A stretch of DNA of 64,000 nt from an uncultured Nitrososphaeraceae archaeon (GCA_963837175.1 CAWIMJ010000021.1:11901-75900); one strand, 5' to 3'. Numbered from the stretch's first letter, positions 36,757 through 50,260 are shown. Notes: generated by a model not told the origin, from the letters alone. Numbers and translations are program-made.

Positions 36757-36969
36757 ATCTCATTGAGTTGATACTGGCAGTTGTTTCATGCGGTTATTGT
36801 GACAGATAGGACACACTAATAATGGATAATTCACCGAAGTTAAGATATGATGCACACCAAAAACATGAAGGACACAATAGGAAATCTACTCGTTTATCAG
36901 TGTTAGCAGGAAAAATGCGATTTGTTTTGCTTCCATCTTCAATGCTAGATAAAGTGGCTTTCCTCAGTA
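36757..36969 (-). pseudogene. Small CxxC..CxxC zinc-ribbon protein, frameshifted
   Basis: RVDFLLCPSCFWCASYL then, one frame over, CPICHNNRMKQLPVS; start uncertain. Confidence 0.6.
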
Positions 36970-37564
36970 CGTTATACTCTTTATCTATTCGTGGTTATTG
37001 AAAACTTCTTCCACAAACGATTTAACAAGAGCCTTATTCGTTGATATAGACATATTGTATTCTATATGTCTACAGATAATTTATCTCTTACATTACTTAA
37101 GGTATACATTTGGGACAATAATGTTCTTTCTAATAGGAACACAGTACATATGGTTTATGGATAATTTGTAGGAGTATTCTCAATAGACTATTTGGAGATT
37201 ATCATCGATCAGAGGATCATTCTGCAAATCTATACGAAATTAACTCCAAAGTATTTTCCTCTCCGTTTGCTGCATAATTCAGATGCATTGAATACGGCAA
37301 CTTATAGTAGGGGAACTCATTTGAAAATCAATGAACATTCTGCCATCACTATTGGGATTTAATTTACAGACATATGCCTACATATCAAGAAGATAGAGAA
37401 TATAGTTAGCGGGTTCGGTGGGATCCAGTACACTAGTGTATGTAGTCCACTTTCTTCAGCAGGGGAACTTTATCAAATGAAAATTTCTGCAAAGCAAATC
37501 TTCTTTCTGTCCTTCTGGCCTCCCAGATCTATACCCTTAAATAGTTACCAGGTTATCAGCGATC

Positions 37565-39510
37565 ATGTTAAATCACAGACTTATTCGGAAAGATCATCTA
37601 ATCCTTATTGCTGCCGCACCTATGCTTATTATCGCTAGTTCATTAATTGGTATTGATGGCTATTTTGGCACTCCTAAGATTGCGTATAGTCAGTCAGAGC
37701 AAGACCAAATGAATTCCAATACTACGAATTCGGTAAATATACAGGATATCCCATTAGAAAAAGTCCGTGTTGGAGATATTGATGTTGCGTACAAAATGTT
37801 TGGCAAAGGTGACCCAATAATACTTTTCAATGGCGCTTCTGATAAATGGATGCCTGGGACCCATCCCTTCTAACTGGTCTTTCTTCAAATCACACAGTAA
37901 TTGCGTTTGATCAACGTGGAATTGCAAATACAACAATTGGTTCCAAACCATACACTTATCAGCAAATAGCAGACGATGCAGCTGGTTTGCTTGATGCTCT
38001 GAAAATACCAAAAGCAGATGTTATGGGATATTCTCTTGGATCATATTTAGCCCAACAGCTTACAATCATGTATCCAAATAAGGTTAACAGCTCTTACACT
38101 TGTTGGTTCATCATGTGGTGGAAAAGATCATACACCTAAACCACCTGAGTTTATAAAATTGCAATCCGAAATTGTAAACAAATCTCTAAATAATGTTTCT
38201 ACTTCTCAGGAGGAAATAAAATCGCTTGTATCTGCTTCATTAGGATCAGGATGGATAAGACTACATCCTGAATCTCTTGACATACCAGCAAACATTACTT
38301 CATTACAACAGCTGAAGCCTGGTTTGCCCCCTGAGGTAGCGAATAATCAGAATAACATAGGAAAGCATTGGGAGGACAATCCAAACTGGAGTGGTGCTTG
38401 TGATGAGCTTGCGAAATTGGCCAAACCCACGTTGGTCATAACTGGAACTGATGATGATATATACCAGCCGTATGTTAATTCTTTAAAGATTGTAGAAAAG
38501 ATTCCAGGAGCCTGGCTTGTACAGATCAAAGATGCAGGTCATGCAGTGATGAATCAATATCCGGATGAAATCAGTAAGATATTAAGAGCCTATCCCAAAA
38601 ATAGATAGTAATATAGCTTGTTAGTTTATTATCATATCTGATAATGTTTAAGAATAAAAAGTATGTTAGAACAATTATACGCATTCCAGATGATATGTGG
38701 AATGAAATTAAAAATATTTTACCAGATGAGAAACCAGAGAACACAATAGGCAGACCAATTGTTCCTTATAGAAAAGTACTTGATGGTGTCCTGTTTGTCT
38801 TGAGAACTGGATGTCAATGGAAAATGTTACCTAAAGAGTATGGCTCTGGTTCAACATGCCATAGAAGATTTCAGGAATGGAGGCAATCTGGTATCTTTGA
38901 TAAATTATGGATCCGGACTGTTAAAAATATACGATAACAAGAGAGGAATCAAATGGAACTGGCAGTCACTTGATAGTATATCAGTAAAATCACCTTTAGG
39001 GGGGCGATGACCGGTCATAATCCTACTGACAGGAGTAAATTAGGAACCAAAAGGCATATTCTAGCAGATAAAGATGGTATTCCACTATCTGCTATTCTAA
39101 CATCTGCAAATACTCACGATGTTACTGTTGCAATTGATACAGTTGATAGTATGGTTCTCAAAAGATCATCATACAAACTAAATCATAGAAAGAAACAGAA
39201 TCTATGTCTTGATAAAGCATATCATTCCAAAGATTTAGAACAAGAAATTATCAAGAGAGGATACATTCCACATATACGATACAGAAGAGAAGAACAAATA
39301 TTTCATAGAAAACATCCCTTAAGACGATGGGTTGTAGAGAGAACAAATTCATGGCATAACAGATTCAGGAAATTATTTACAAGGTATGAAAAGAAGGATG
39401 AGAACTATCTTGGTCTTGTACAATTGGCAAACAGCATAATTATTTACAGGAGGATAATTTTGGGATAGGCTCTAAATACATTTCTATCGACTACAACCCC
39501 ACCTAGCTAA
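37565..39510 (+). CDS. Secreted alpha/beta hydrolase, frameshifted and interrupted near its 3' end by IS5
   Basis: GKGDPIILFNG, FDQRG, GYSLG, GTDD, DAGH; removing the IS restores ...ISKILNTFLSTTTPPS* at 39510. Confidence 0.85.
38586..39472 (+). mobile_element. IS5 family insertion sequence (887 bp)
   Basis: Perfect 15-bp TIRs GAGCCTATCCCAAAA / TTTTGGGATAGGCTC; TAA duplicated at 38583-85 and 39473-75. Confidence 0.95.
38644..39468 (+). CDS. IS5 family transposase (split frames)
   Basis: LRTGCQWKMLP..YGSGSTCHRRF; middle frame WQSLDSISVKSPLGG; GTKRHI, LDKAY, RWVVERTNSW; shifts near 38915 and at the G6 run near 39000. Confidence 0.9.
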
Positions 39511-39518
39511 TGTAGGTA

Positions 39519-39764
39519 TTATGCTGGAATAAGTTTATCCATTATATTCCCGATTTCTTCTGAGGTTTTGGACTTGACAAAATCACAGAAATTGGTGGCC
39601 TTTTGTTCCACATCAAGACCTTCGAACTTACCGAAATCCAGAAACCTTTCTAATAGGTTGGATATTGTCTTTGAACTTCTTTTGATTTTAATGTCATCTT
39701 GAACTTAGCATAAGGTGACACTCAATGGAATTATTGACTCAGGAGAGGCTACCTGAATGGTCAT
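39519..39764 (-). pseudogene. N-terminal remnant of a tyrosine recombinase/integrase
   Basis: SPYAKFKMTLKSKEVQRQYP / NLLERFLDFGKFEGLDVEQKATNFCDFVKSK across frameshifts, resembling Nitrososphaera integrase N-termini; preceded by a tRNA-3'-like 19-mer. Confidence 0.55.
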
Positions 39765-39961
39765 ATCGTATTTAATGATGTAGTCCTATAAAATGATACA
39801 CTAGTGAATCGGGTTCGGCGGAATTCGAGCTTTGCTGGTAGATGGGTTCAGCTGTTTTTAGCATTTAGCTTTGCTGCTTATGGTCGTTAACTACAATCCC
39901 TATACCGAGTATCAATGTCATTTGATCTATTTTGCCTTTCTATCTACTACCTGCTGTATCG

Positions 39962-40423
39962 TTAGTCTTCCTTAATCTTCCAGGTCCCCTTTTCTTTATC
40001 TTCAACTTTTTTTACTGGTTTTTCTTGGGCTCTCTTCATGTCTCTAGTACCATCGTCAGAGGTAGAATAGATATCTGTTTTATCAATACCCTCAGATTTT
40101 GTCAATGAGGTTCCAGAACTAATTACTTTGGATACATCTTCAGTGTCTGTTGCTTCTCTAGAATTAATTCCTCCTGAACCTGTCGGCGTCACTCCTTGAG
40201 TTACAGCGCCATGTGGTGTCTTTCCTCTAGTTATATCTGCTGCAGTTACATCTTCCTGAATTCCTTTACCTTTCGCTATGCTTGCTCTATCTACATCTCC
40301 GGTATCTGTGATATCTCTGGATGCATCACCAACATTCGTTATATCTGAAGTACCTTGAATACCTTGAGCTGCATTAGACATGTTCTTTTCACTATCCTTC
40401 TTTCTGTCACTAGTTGCACTCAT
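39962..40423 (-). CDS. Hydrophilic low-complexity hypothetical protein
   Basis: Gly/Thr/Asp-rich with DIT-like repeats; ATG at 40423 preferred. Confidence 0.7.
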   Translation of the reverse strand: MSATSDRKKDSEKNMSNAAQGIQGTSDITNVGDASRDITDTGDVDRASIAKGKGIQEDVTAADITRGKTPHGAVTQGVTPTGSGGINSREATDTEDVSKVISSGTSLTKSEGIDKTDIYSTSDDGTRDMKRAQEKPVKKVEDKEKGTWKIKED

Positions 40424-40605
40424 ACAGTGTTGTATATTAAACATAATATTAATATCGTATAGGAATAATATTGGGAATGGTTCTTTTAGATTCTCTATTA
40501 AAAATTTTGATGAATTGGTAGAAAATGCATAATTATTTAATGGAGGACATAGAAAATGTTGCTATCAGTTATACCTTATATAATCGTATGCATTGAATAT
40601 AAGTA

Positions 40606-40821
40606 TTGGGTTTCTTACTATATCATAAGAAAAATCATTGTGAAGTATGTCATCAAGCATTTGATAAAGAAGAAGAGTTGTTTAAACATGCAAAGGAAGA
40701 ACATCACAAGCCTGTTATAAAATGCCATAATTGTGGGATGCAGTTCTTACATGAAAAGGATAGACTTCATCACATACAAGAAGAAAAGAAGAAGAAAGTA
40801 GATATACGTAGACACAGATAG
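40606..40821 (+). CDS. Tandem double C2H2 zinc-finger protein
   Basis: CEVCHQAFDKEEELFKHAKEEH and CHNCGMQFLHEKDRLHHIQEE. Confidence 0.85.
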   Translation: MGFLLYHKKNHCEVCHQAFDKEEELFKHAKEEHHKPVIKCHNCGMQFLHEKDRLHHIQEEKKKKVDIRRHR

Positions 40822-41289
40822 GATTAAATTTCTCTTTTTATAAAATGTTAAAGATACCTTTCTTGATGGGAAACCTAATTTTACTCAATGCTCTCTTTTA
40901 TTTTAAGGTTATGCTATCCATCTAATCTACTTTTGACGGTAAAATAAATCTCCCCTAAATTTAGTAGTATTACACATACATTGTAATAACTACTAGTTCA
41001 AATAGGTCTTCTAACTGCATGATTCTTGAAATATGGAAATTGAAAAATAGATATGAAGTGATTACCTTTTAATATCTATATATTTTTATAAGTGGTTTCT
41101 TCAAATTCCCCTTTATTCATTATAAATCACACTAATTTAAAAATGACGAGTCGGTACATTTTAGTTCTAATAAGCAAGGATACTGTTATTTAATAGAATA
41201 CTATCTTACCGCTCAGTAGAAACTATTGCTATAATAACAAGATTGGTTAATCTGTGCATATTGTAGGTTATACATCTGAATGACAATTC

Positions 41290-42200
<911 letters not shown>

Positions 42201-42321
42201 TATTGTTGTATACTTCCAATTATAATAACGGCCCTTCTTATAATCCTGGGCAAATTTATCTCACGTGTGTCTTTGATATTTGCTTGTATTGAAGACATCT
42301 AATCCTGTTAAAGCAATCTGA

Positions 42322-42555
42322 CTACCTTGTTTTCAATTCATAATTAACTTCAAACATTGTCAATATGTCTTTTAAATTTTCATCATAGGCAAACCGACAA
42401 ATTGTAATCCATTTCCTTCTTATATTTGCCTTTATTTCACAGACAGCGCTAACATCATTAGGAATTATTTTAATTTGAACATCATATTTGTGTCTTAACT
42501 TCTCTTCTAATTTATTGACAACCAGTTCTGGTGCAGAAATCAAGATTTTTTGCAT
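42322..42555 (-). CDS. Small hypothetical protein
   Basis: 77-aa ORF with natural alpha/beta pattern. Confidence 0.7.
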   Translation of the reverse strand: MQKILISAPELVVNKLEEKLRHKYDVQIKIIPNDVSAVCEIKANIRRKWITICRFAYDENLKDILTMFEVNYELKTR

Positions 42556-42889
42556 ATCTAGTCCACTGTACTATCATTCACATATACGTGAATATAAAAC
42601 ATATATCTATCTACCTAATAATGAAAATATTAGATATCTTCTATGGAATGATATTATAAAAGTTCAATTAGATAGGACATAGACAGGATACTAAAATGAT
42701 GATTCATAAAACAATTGAAGCTCTAAACTGCTAAACTATGAAATACAATACCGTAATACCGCTTTACGAACCCATTCTTTAACAAGTTCGTCTTGTTCTG
42801 TTCAAGATTCCTGCTTAATATTGAAGTACTCATGCCAGAATCAGAATTGTGATTACTCTGACTGCATTATTATTGGTACATTTGTAGGT

Positions 42890-44329
42890 TCATGCTGCAA
42901 ATCTCTCTTCTTCTTTTTTGCTATACCGTTGTTTTCTTTCTCTCCATACTATCGATTTTACTTTGTCTGATATCAATAATGGAATAATATTAGTAATGTA
43001 ACCAGCCATCAGAAAAATTGCACCTAAAAAGGCTAGTAGGGAATAAATTGGTGTAATTTTGTATTTTTTGATATCTTTTATTGCTACTGCAGCAATTACA
43101 ATAATAGAAGATACTACGTTTAGAATTAATACAACTAAATGAAAATCATCTACAGAAAATTGTAAGAGGGGTATAAACTCAAACTGTTGTTGGATAACAG
43201 CAATTGATAAACTATAGATAGTAATTAGAAATGGTAACATGACCATGAAAAACATAATTAGCAAATTCATAACTATCTGCAACCTGTTCATAGGGGCAAG
43301 TGTCCTTCCTATTCCATGCCATAGGGTATGAAGGTCGCGAGACCAAAGAGCTGACATAATCTTGTCTATCCTGACAATTTTCATATTGTAGCCTGCTTTC
43401 TTAATACGTATCCCGAGTGATCTATCTTCTTGTATAGATTTACGAACAGATTGATATGTTCCGATCTCTTCAAAGACCTTCCTATTTATCATAATAAAGC
43501 TCCCATTAAGATATGCTGTCTTACACTTTGGATTATTCATACAAGCTGTGTTTGCACCCAAGAGTATGGAAAAATGATTCCATACTGGCATTGTAATCTT
43601 TGACCAAAAATCACGAAGTTCTATGCAAGGAATACCAGTTAACACATCAAGATCTTCCTTTTGCATATATAAAATAGTCAACAATATAGCATCTTTGCTG
43701 CTAAAGTAGGTGTCAGCATCAGTAAATAGTAAAACATTTCCATTACTTGTCAGGTATCCTTGTTGTGAAGCCCAAGTTTTGCCAGTCCAATCGGTTGGTT
43801 TATCAGTTAAAGACAAAATTTTTAATGTCTTTGCTTGTAGGTTTGTTTCTCTGCTTTTGATATTTTGCAATATATCTAAAGTAGCATCAGTTGAATTATC
43901 ATCTATTGCAATAACTTCAAAATTTGGATAGTTCTGGCCAAGCAAAGAAAGAATACATCTTTCAATATTGTCTTGCTCATTTCTTGCAGGTACTATGATA
44001 CTTACGAATGGAAAGGATGAGAGTTGGGGACATATGTCCTTTTCAGAATAAAAAGCAATATCATCAGGAGACATATTCTTCTTATCCTTATCTACAATAC
44101 ATTTTATTATTTTTTTATTTTTGGTATACTCTAGATTTGATGAAATAGATGTCATTCTTCGCTGCTGTTTTTTTTCAGAAAAAATAGAAGGAGTAAGAAG
44201 ATAAGACCTGATAGAGATGAGAAAAAGGTAAAGCCATGAAGTAATGATTATTAAAGATAACACAAGTAACGAAGTGTCAATTGTAATACCTCTAATTATA
44301 CCCAATATATTAGGAAAATCAGCCACCAT
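42890..44329 (-). CDS. Membrane glycosyltransferase family 2
   Basis: IIVPARNE, DDNSTD, WTGK, FTDAD, ED; N- and C-terminal TMs. Confidence 0.92.
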   Translation of the reverse strand: MVADFPNILGIIRGITIDTSLLVLSLIIITSWLYLFLISIRSYLLTPSIFSEKKQQRRMTSISSNLEYTKNKKIIKCIVDKDKKNMSPDDIAFYSEKDICPQLSSFPFVSIIVPARNEQDNIERCILSLLGQNYPNFEVIAIDDNSTDATLDILQNIKSRETNLQAKTLKILSLTDKPTDWTGKTWASQQGYLTSNGNVLLFTDADTYFSSKDAILLTILYMQKEDLDVLTGIPCIELRDFWSKITMPVWNHFSILLGANTACMNNPKCKTAYLNGSFIMINRKVFEEIGTYQSVRKSIQEDRSLGIRIKKAGYNMKIVRIDKIMSALWSRDLHTLWHGIGRTLAPMNRLQIVMNLLIMFFMVMLPFLITIYSLSIAVIQQQFEFIPLLQFSVDDFHLVVLILNVVSSIIVIAAVAIKDIKKYKITPIYSLLAFLGAIFLMAGYITNIIPLLISDKVKSIVWRERKQRYSKKEEERFAA

Positions 44330-45190
44330 ACGTTTTCACTTGTAGATACTCTATATAATATATATGTAGAATTAATCAATTAAGGATTAAAGTTTAAATG
44401 AATTCCGACCAATATGGAAATATAAGGCGTATTGAGAATGCCTATAAAATAGTAGAAAAATAAATGACGTTAACGGATGATAGTTGAAAGATAGTATTTA
44501 GCAGTTTTTTCACATTAGGAGCGGTACAGAGAAAAATAAATTTATGATGTTAATAATGATATCAAAATACTCCTGTATAAATTTTAAACTTTAGATTGGT
44601 AAGATACAAACTCATTCTGTAGCAGAATTTATAGCAGCAGCTCCTTCAAAATTAAATGCTCAATATCCTATAGTATATGAAAGCTTGTAACTACAAAAAT
44701 CCAGACAAGATAAATATTAGATTCTGTGCTAAACCTAGGATAGTATTGATATAGGATGTTTATAGTGAGACTCGAAAGATACAGAGGTTCACGTATTATA
44801 GCAAAAACATGGTCAAAATACTAACCTATATGTGCAAAGAAATGGAAAAACAAATTCCAACAGATACTTGAAAGAGAGATGTTTGAAAATTAGTTTGATT
44901 TATCTAATGCTTTCACACAGAAAAGTAATTACTGCTTGACTTTCAGACCTAGCTGCCTGTCTTTGCATTGTCCACGGCAGAAAACCGTTTGGCGACAATA
45001 ATGTGTAGTATAATGACTTGATCAATCGATTGATTTTAATTACTATAAGCCTGTTTTTTGTATAGGAAGAACATAATTGTGCTCATTAGTTTTGGTGGAA
45101 ATATACCATTAGAATAACAGGGGATATTTTATGTCCTAGGGTTTTGAAGATAAGCAATTTTTAAGATGCCTATATCAGATTATTTCAATT

Positions 45191-46290
45191 CTATGAGAAT
45201 GGTAGCTTGAATGGAATGTTATCATGCACGTGCTTGACTTTATCTTTTATCTTTGTGGATATCTCTTTGACTTTATCTTTTATCTTTGATGATACGTCTT
45301 TTGATGATACGTCTTTTGATGATACGTCCTTGACCTTATCCCCTGCATTTTTATCCTTTTTTGTGGATATCTCTTTGACTTTATCTTTTATCTTTGATGA
45401 TACGTCTTTTGATGATACGTCTTTTGATGATACGTCTTTTGATGATACGTCTCTTTGTATCTTTATGATACGTCTTTTGATGATACGTCTTTTGATGATA
45501 CGTCCTTGACCTTATCCCCTGCATTTTTATCCTTTATATCTCCTTCATGAGACTCTACTTGGGTTGGTTGTTCTGGAATTATAGGAGGTTCTGCATTTGA
45601 ATGTGATGGGAATACGGTTACTGCTGATGTACCGTTGCCTAAAGTTGTGCTATTGTCTATTATTGGTAAGGATTGTTTTTCTTCTACTACAATAGGCCTT
45701 GGTAAAATATTCCTACTATCTACATTTTCTGCTCCTACTGCTAATGCTGCTGTTGTTGTTGCTGTACCATTACCTAAATTTGTACTATTGCCTAAAGTTG
45801 TGCTATTGCCTGTTATTGATAAGGGATGCTGTTGATTTCGATCAGACGTTAACCCTGTGACATTTACACTATAATATGTTGTTAAATTAGCAGTACCACC
45901 ATTATTATTAAGACATGATAGTTTAGAAGTTAGATTGTTCGTTCCGTTTGTAATAAGATGGTATTTATCAGTATATGTATAATCCCATGTTGAATAATCA
46001 TTTACTCCTCCAAGACCTGCTGCTATAGCTTTTTGAAATGGCTTTACGTTATTCAAATCAGCATATACTGTACAATCACTAGTTGCATTATCTGTTGATA
46101 TACCAGTGATATTCATTTCACCGACTGGAACTTCTTGACCTGCGGTAGGAGAGGTAATTTTTATTCCTAGTATTGGCTTTTGTGGAAGTTGGGTTTGCTG
46201 GACTTGGGCATATAGAATACTATATGATGGAAAAGTATAGAGAAGACATGCTCCAAAGACAAGGACTAAAGATACCGCTTTAAGTTCCAA
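45191..46290 (-). CDS. Secreted Ig-like-domain protein with KDVSS repeat tail (frameshift near 45463)
   Basis: Signal peptide; IKITSPTAGQEVP..CTVY..KLSC; shifted frame continues (KDVSS)n..KIKDKVKHVHDNIPFKLPFS*. Confidence 0.8.
45234..45535. repeat. Nested coding tandem repeats (15-bp GATGATACGTCTTTT units within a larger duplicated block)
   Basis: About 10 copies of the 15-mer in groups, with duplicated CCTTGACCTTATCCCCTGCATTTTTATCC and TTGACTTTATCTTTTATCTTTG blocks. Confidence 0.9.
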
Positions 46291-47668
46291 CTACTAAAAT
46301 CTTTTTTCTGAAGGCTATAAGTAGTGCTATAGTATAATGTATATTTATTTACTATTAAATGGTTGTTCTAAATTGAATCTAATAACTACTATATCTCAAG
46401 CAGCAGAATGATTAAAATTTAATAATAATCTCCTTAATGCTAATAGAACAAAATTTAGTAGAATTGTTATAATTTCCTTCTTCCAATTACATACGCACCA
46501 GCTTTACCAGCCTATGATAATACTGGAACATTATATAGTCCTAGATCAGAACTGAAGCCCAATAGACAATACCTACTAGGATGGCAATAATCATAGAATA
46601 TATGAGCTGTAGCATATTACAAATACTCACAAGAAGTAGAGTATTATTTCCTTTTTGAAGTAATGATGTTTGTACGTCGAAAGTATCAGATAGGAGGAAT
46701 ATTATAAACATTCAGCATCTAGTGTTGCGGCAAAAATGCTCAATAGACGTGTAAAAATATTTAGAAAAGTAATAATAGTTAGTACAGAGGTTAACACACC
46801 ACTAATATTTTAGAGCGATCTACCAACATTAAGTTATAATATATACTAGACTAGAGAAGTAAACTGTTGGCTATACTACAACAAACGTTACTCATTAACA
46901 GAAACAATATCCATAAAATAATTGAATTCAAGAAACAAATCAACAATATACAATAATGATTAGAAGATCAAGACGATATTTTATAATAAGATTGTAGTAG
47001 TTGATATTGATAGAAGTGAAAAGGAAAAAAGAATCTCTGTCTTAAATATTCTTAGAATAAATTATTTATCTAACTCGGCACACTTATTCTACCTAATATT
47101 ATTTTTTATAAAAATATATTTAATAAAAAATAAGAAAGATAATAACTTGACATAAAAATACCCTTATCATGAGCAATTTTTGCGTTATAAAATACATATC
47201 ATTTTCACCAGTAATCGGGCTCTTCACTTTACAATAATTTATAGAAGGTCCACTATTTCATAGATGGTCATTATATTCAAAGAAATTGAATATCTCTCTT
47301 TGCAGCTGAATATCTGAATTCATTATAGATTAAAACGATGGTCAAAGCTAAAAATGAGTATATTCATGCTTATAGCTTGCTATTGAGCCATCTGGAAGAG
47401 GACTATTATTCTTATTATTTTCTTTCTATTGAAAGAAACATAAGCTGATTAGTTAATAACAGTGCCTAAAAGCTCAAATCACTCATTAATCGATTATAGT
47501 TGGATATCAAATGTACTATGCTGTTAGATAAAATGCATTAATGCATCCTCGTCTTTTATACAGTGAAACTATTCAGAGAAAATAAATGATAAATATCTAA
47601 TCAATCATTCCAATATATCATCTATTACTCTGAAAACTTATATGAGATACATTTTCTGTTAATTTGAG

Positions 47669-50124
47669 TTGACTTCTATACCACTACTGACTTTTCTTCT
47701 TATTACACTTTTCATGCTATCCATTAGTGTATTATTATTTGAGCTTGCACTCACTAGAATTTTTTCAATAATCCTCTGGTATGATTATGCTTTTATGGCG
47801 ATTTCCGTAGCGTTTTTTGGACTTGGAATTGGATCCTTGCTGATACACATTCTGAAGAATAAAATAAAAAGAGAGAAACTAGCATCAAAAATACTTCAAA
47901 CTACTATAATTTTTGCAGTGTCTGTGCCAATCTTTTTACTCGTAATAGGACAAATCATCCCACCAAACATATATTTCATTTATCTATTCTATTTGGCTTC
48001 TTCAATTCCTTTCTTTTTTGCTGGAATTTCGATGTCACTAATATATTTTGCAATGCCTAGAGAAGTAAGCAAACTATACTTCATTGATCTAGTCAGGAGC
48101 AGCGTCGGCTACACTTATGCTTGATCCTCTAATGCAAAGATTAGGTGCAGAATCTGTGCTACTTTCGGCAGCTCTGTTAGTACTCGGTCCTTCTCTTATT
48201 GCTGCCTTTATTATTGTCCACTTCACAGAAAAAGAATGTATCAGACGCGCCAGTAATTGAAAACAAAATAAAGCTGTATGGAATAATTGTGTTGGCTGCC
48301 TCTACTGTGTTATTAGCAGCTAATTCAGGCTCCAATATAATAGCAATAAAACCCGGCGAAAACAAAGGATTGCATTATCAGTTGTCAAAGCCTTCAGAAT
48401 TTGAGCATTTATCAACCCAATGGAATTCTTTCTCTCGAATTGACGTTACTAGACAAATCCATCATCATGACAGCGACAACGATAATACTGGTAGATCTAG
48501 AGCCCTAGCCGCAATAGCTATCGATGCCGATGCCGACACTCCAGTCTTTAGATGGAATGGTTCGTCTGCAGATCTTCTATGGATGAAAAAATATATGGAT
48601 TATTTACCATTTGAAATATCAAATGATGTCAACAATACTTTAATTATTGGTAGCGGTGGAGGGGAGGACGTTTTAATTGCCTTGGCTGGAGGCTCGAAGA
48701 AAGTCACTGCAGTAGAGATAAATCCATTGATAATATCAACAGCAAAACAATTTGGCAATTCTACAGGAAATTTATACGAACGTAATGAGGTGGAATTATT
48801 CGTTGATGATGGCAGACGATTTATCAGCTCTAGTAATTCAAAATATGACATGATAGTAATAAAGCTCGTTGATTCTTGGGCTGCTCAGCTTGCTGGTGGA
48901 TATGCACTTTCAGAAAATTATCTCTATACAGTAGAAGCGTTCAGAGAATATCTACATCACTTGGATGAAGATAATGGGATGCTTGTTATGGTACGTTGGA
49001 ACTTTGAATTGCCAAGACTCATGCCCCTAATAGCAGAATCTTTACGACAGGAGCAAAAAGAAGGAAGTATGGAAGACATTAGTCAGCAGATTTTGGTAGT
49101 CGAAGATCGGCCTGGATTATATTTTGCATCAAACGATCAACAAACAATATATCCGGTCGTTCTAATAATAAAAAATAGTCCATTTACTGATTCAGAAATT
49201 AATCTGGCAAAGGAGAGGATCGCTAACAATAATGCTAAAGTAATTGCAATGCCAGATGGATATATAGAACCTCCTTATGACAGACTACTATCAGATAAGA
49301 ATTATTATTATCATCGTCAACAATTGCAAGAAAATGATCCTAAAACAAGTTTAGAGTTAAAACCGCCAACCGATGATTCACCATTCTATTTTGCAAGAGA
49401 GCAGATTCCAAACCAGATGATATTTCTCTTAGAAACTGTTCTTGGAGTATCTGCAGTACTTGCTTTGCTTTTGATATATTATTCAAGAAGAAATAAAATT
49501 CAACTAGTTACATCGTCAAGGTCATCATGGTTCCATATGATCTTTGTATTGTTTATCGGACTTGGGTTCATGTTTCTAGAAATAACCTTTATTCAAAAAT
49601 TTCTGTTGTTACTTGGAACACCAATAATGGCATTAACTGTTATTCTTTTTTCGATCCTACTGTCTAGTGGAATAGGCGCATATTTGAGTGGAAGACTATT
49701 TCGTAAAAATCCTTATAAGGCTGTAGTAATAACAATACCCCTTCTGGTTGGAATAGTATTAACATACTATGGTCTACTACAAGAAATTATATATACAGGT
49801 ATAACTCTGCAACTGTCGCAGAGAATTGCGTTGACTTTTGCGCTTATATTGCCTGCAGGTCTTCTTATGGGATTTCAATTTCCATCCATTATTAGAATGG
49901 CTTCCATGCATTCAGTGAAAGATAATAATACTGATGGGGATATCACTTTGCTATGGGGTATAAACGTGATCGCCTCAGTAATAGCAACCGTGTTGACTGC
50001 TATATCCTCCATGGTGATTGGCTTTAACGGCAACCTGTTAATCGGAGCAGGATTATACGTTGGGGCATTAGTGTCTGCCATAGCAGCAGTGAAATTAAGA
50101 CGAAAGCTCGCTCTCCCAACTTAG
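47669..50124 (+). CDS. Large membrane protein with central spermidine-synthase-like SAM-binding domain (frameshifts near 48095-48190)
   Basis: N-terminal TMs (LFELALTRIFS); IIGSGGGED, AVEINP, DDGRRF, ENYLYTVEAF, PPTDDSPF; C-terminal TMs (GLGFMFLEI). Confidence 0.85.
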
Positions 50125-50142
50125 CCTTACCTATCCATTATT

Positions 50143-50260
50143 TACTGCCTAACATAATTTCATATATCTTTTAAAACCAAGTAAAAGGATTTTTTAAGCA
50201 TAGTAAACCTTACATATTAAGAAAAATCTGTAAACGAACTTTTGTTAGTTAGTATTGTTG
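50143..50260 (+). repeat. Dispersed ~118-bp non-coding repeat, copy 2
   Basis: Reverse complement matches 18473..18590. Confidence 0.85.

Noticed and set aside
45234-45535. Repeat array considered as CRISPR
   Set aside because: 15-bp units are contiguous with no unique spacers, are in-frame coding (KDVSS), and no cas genes are present
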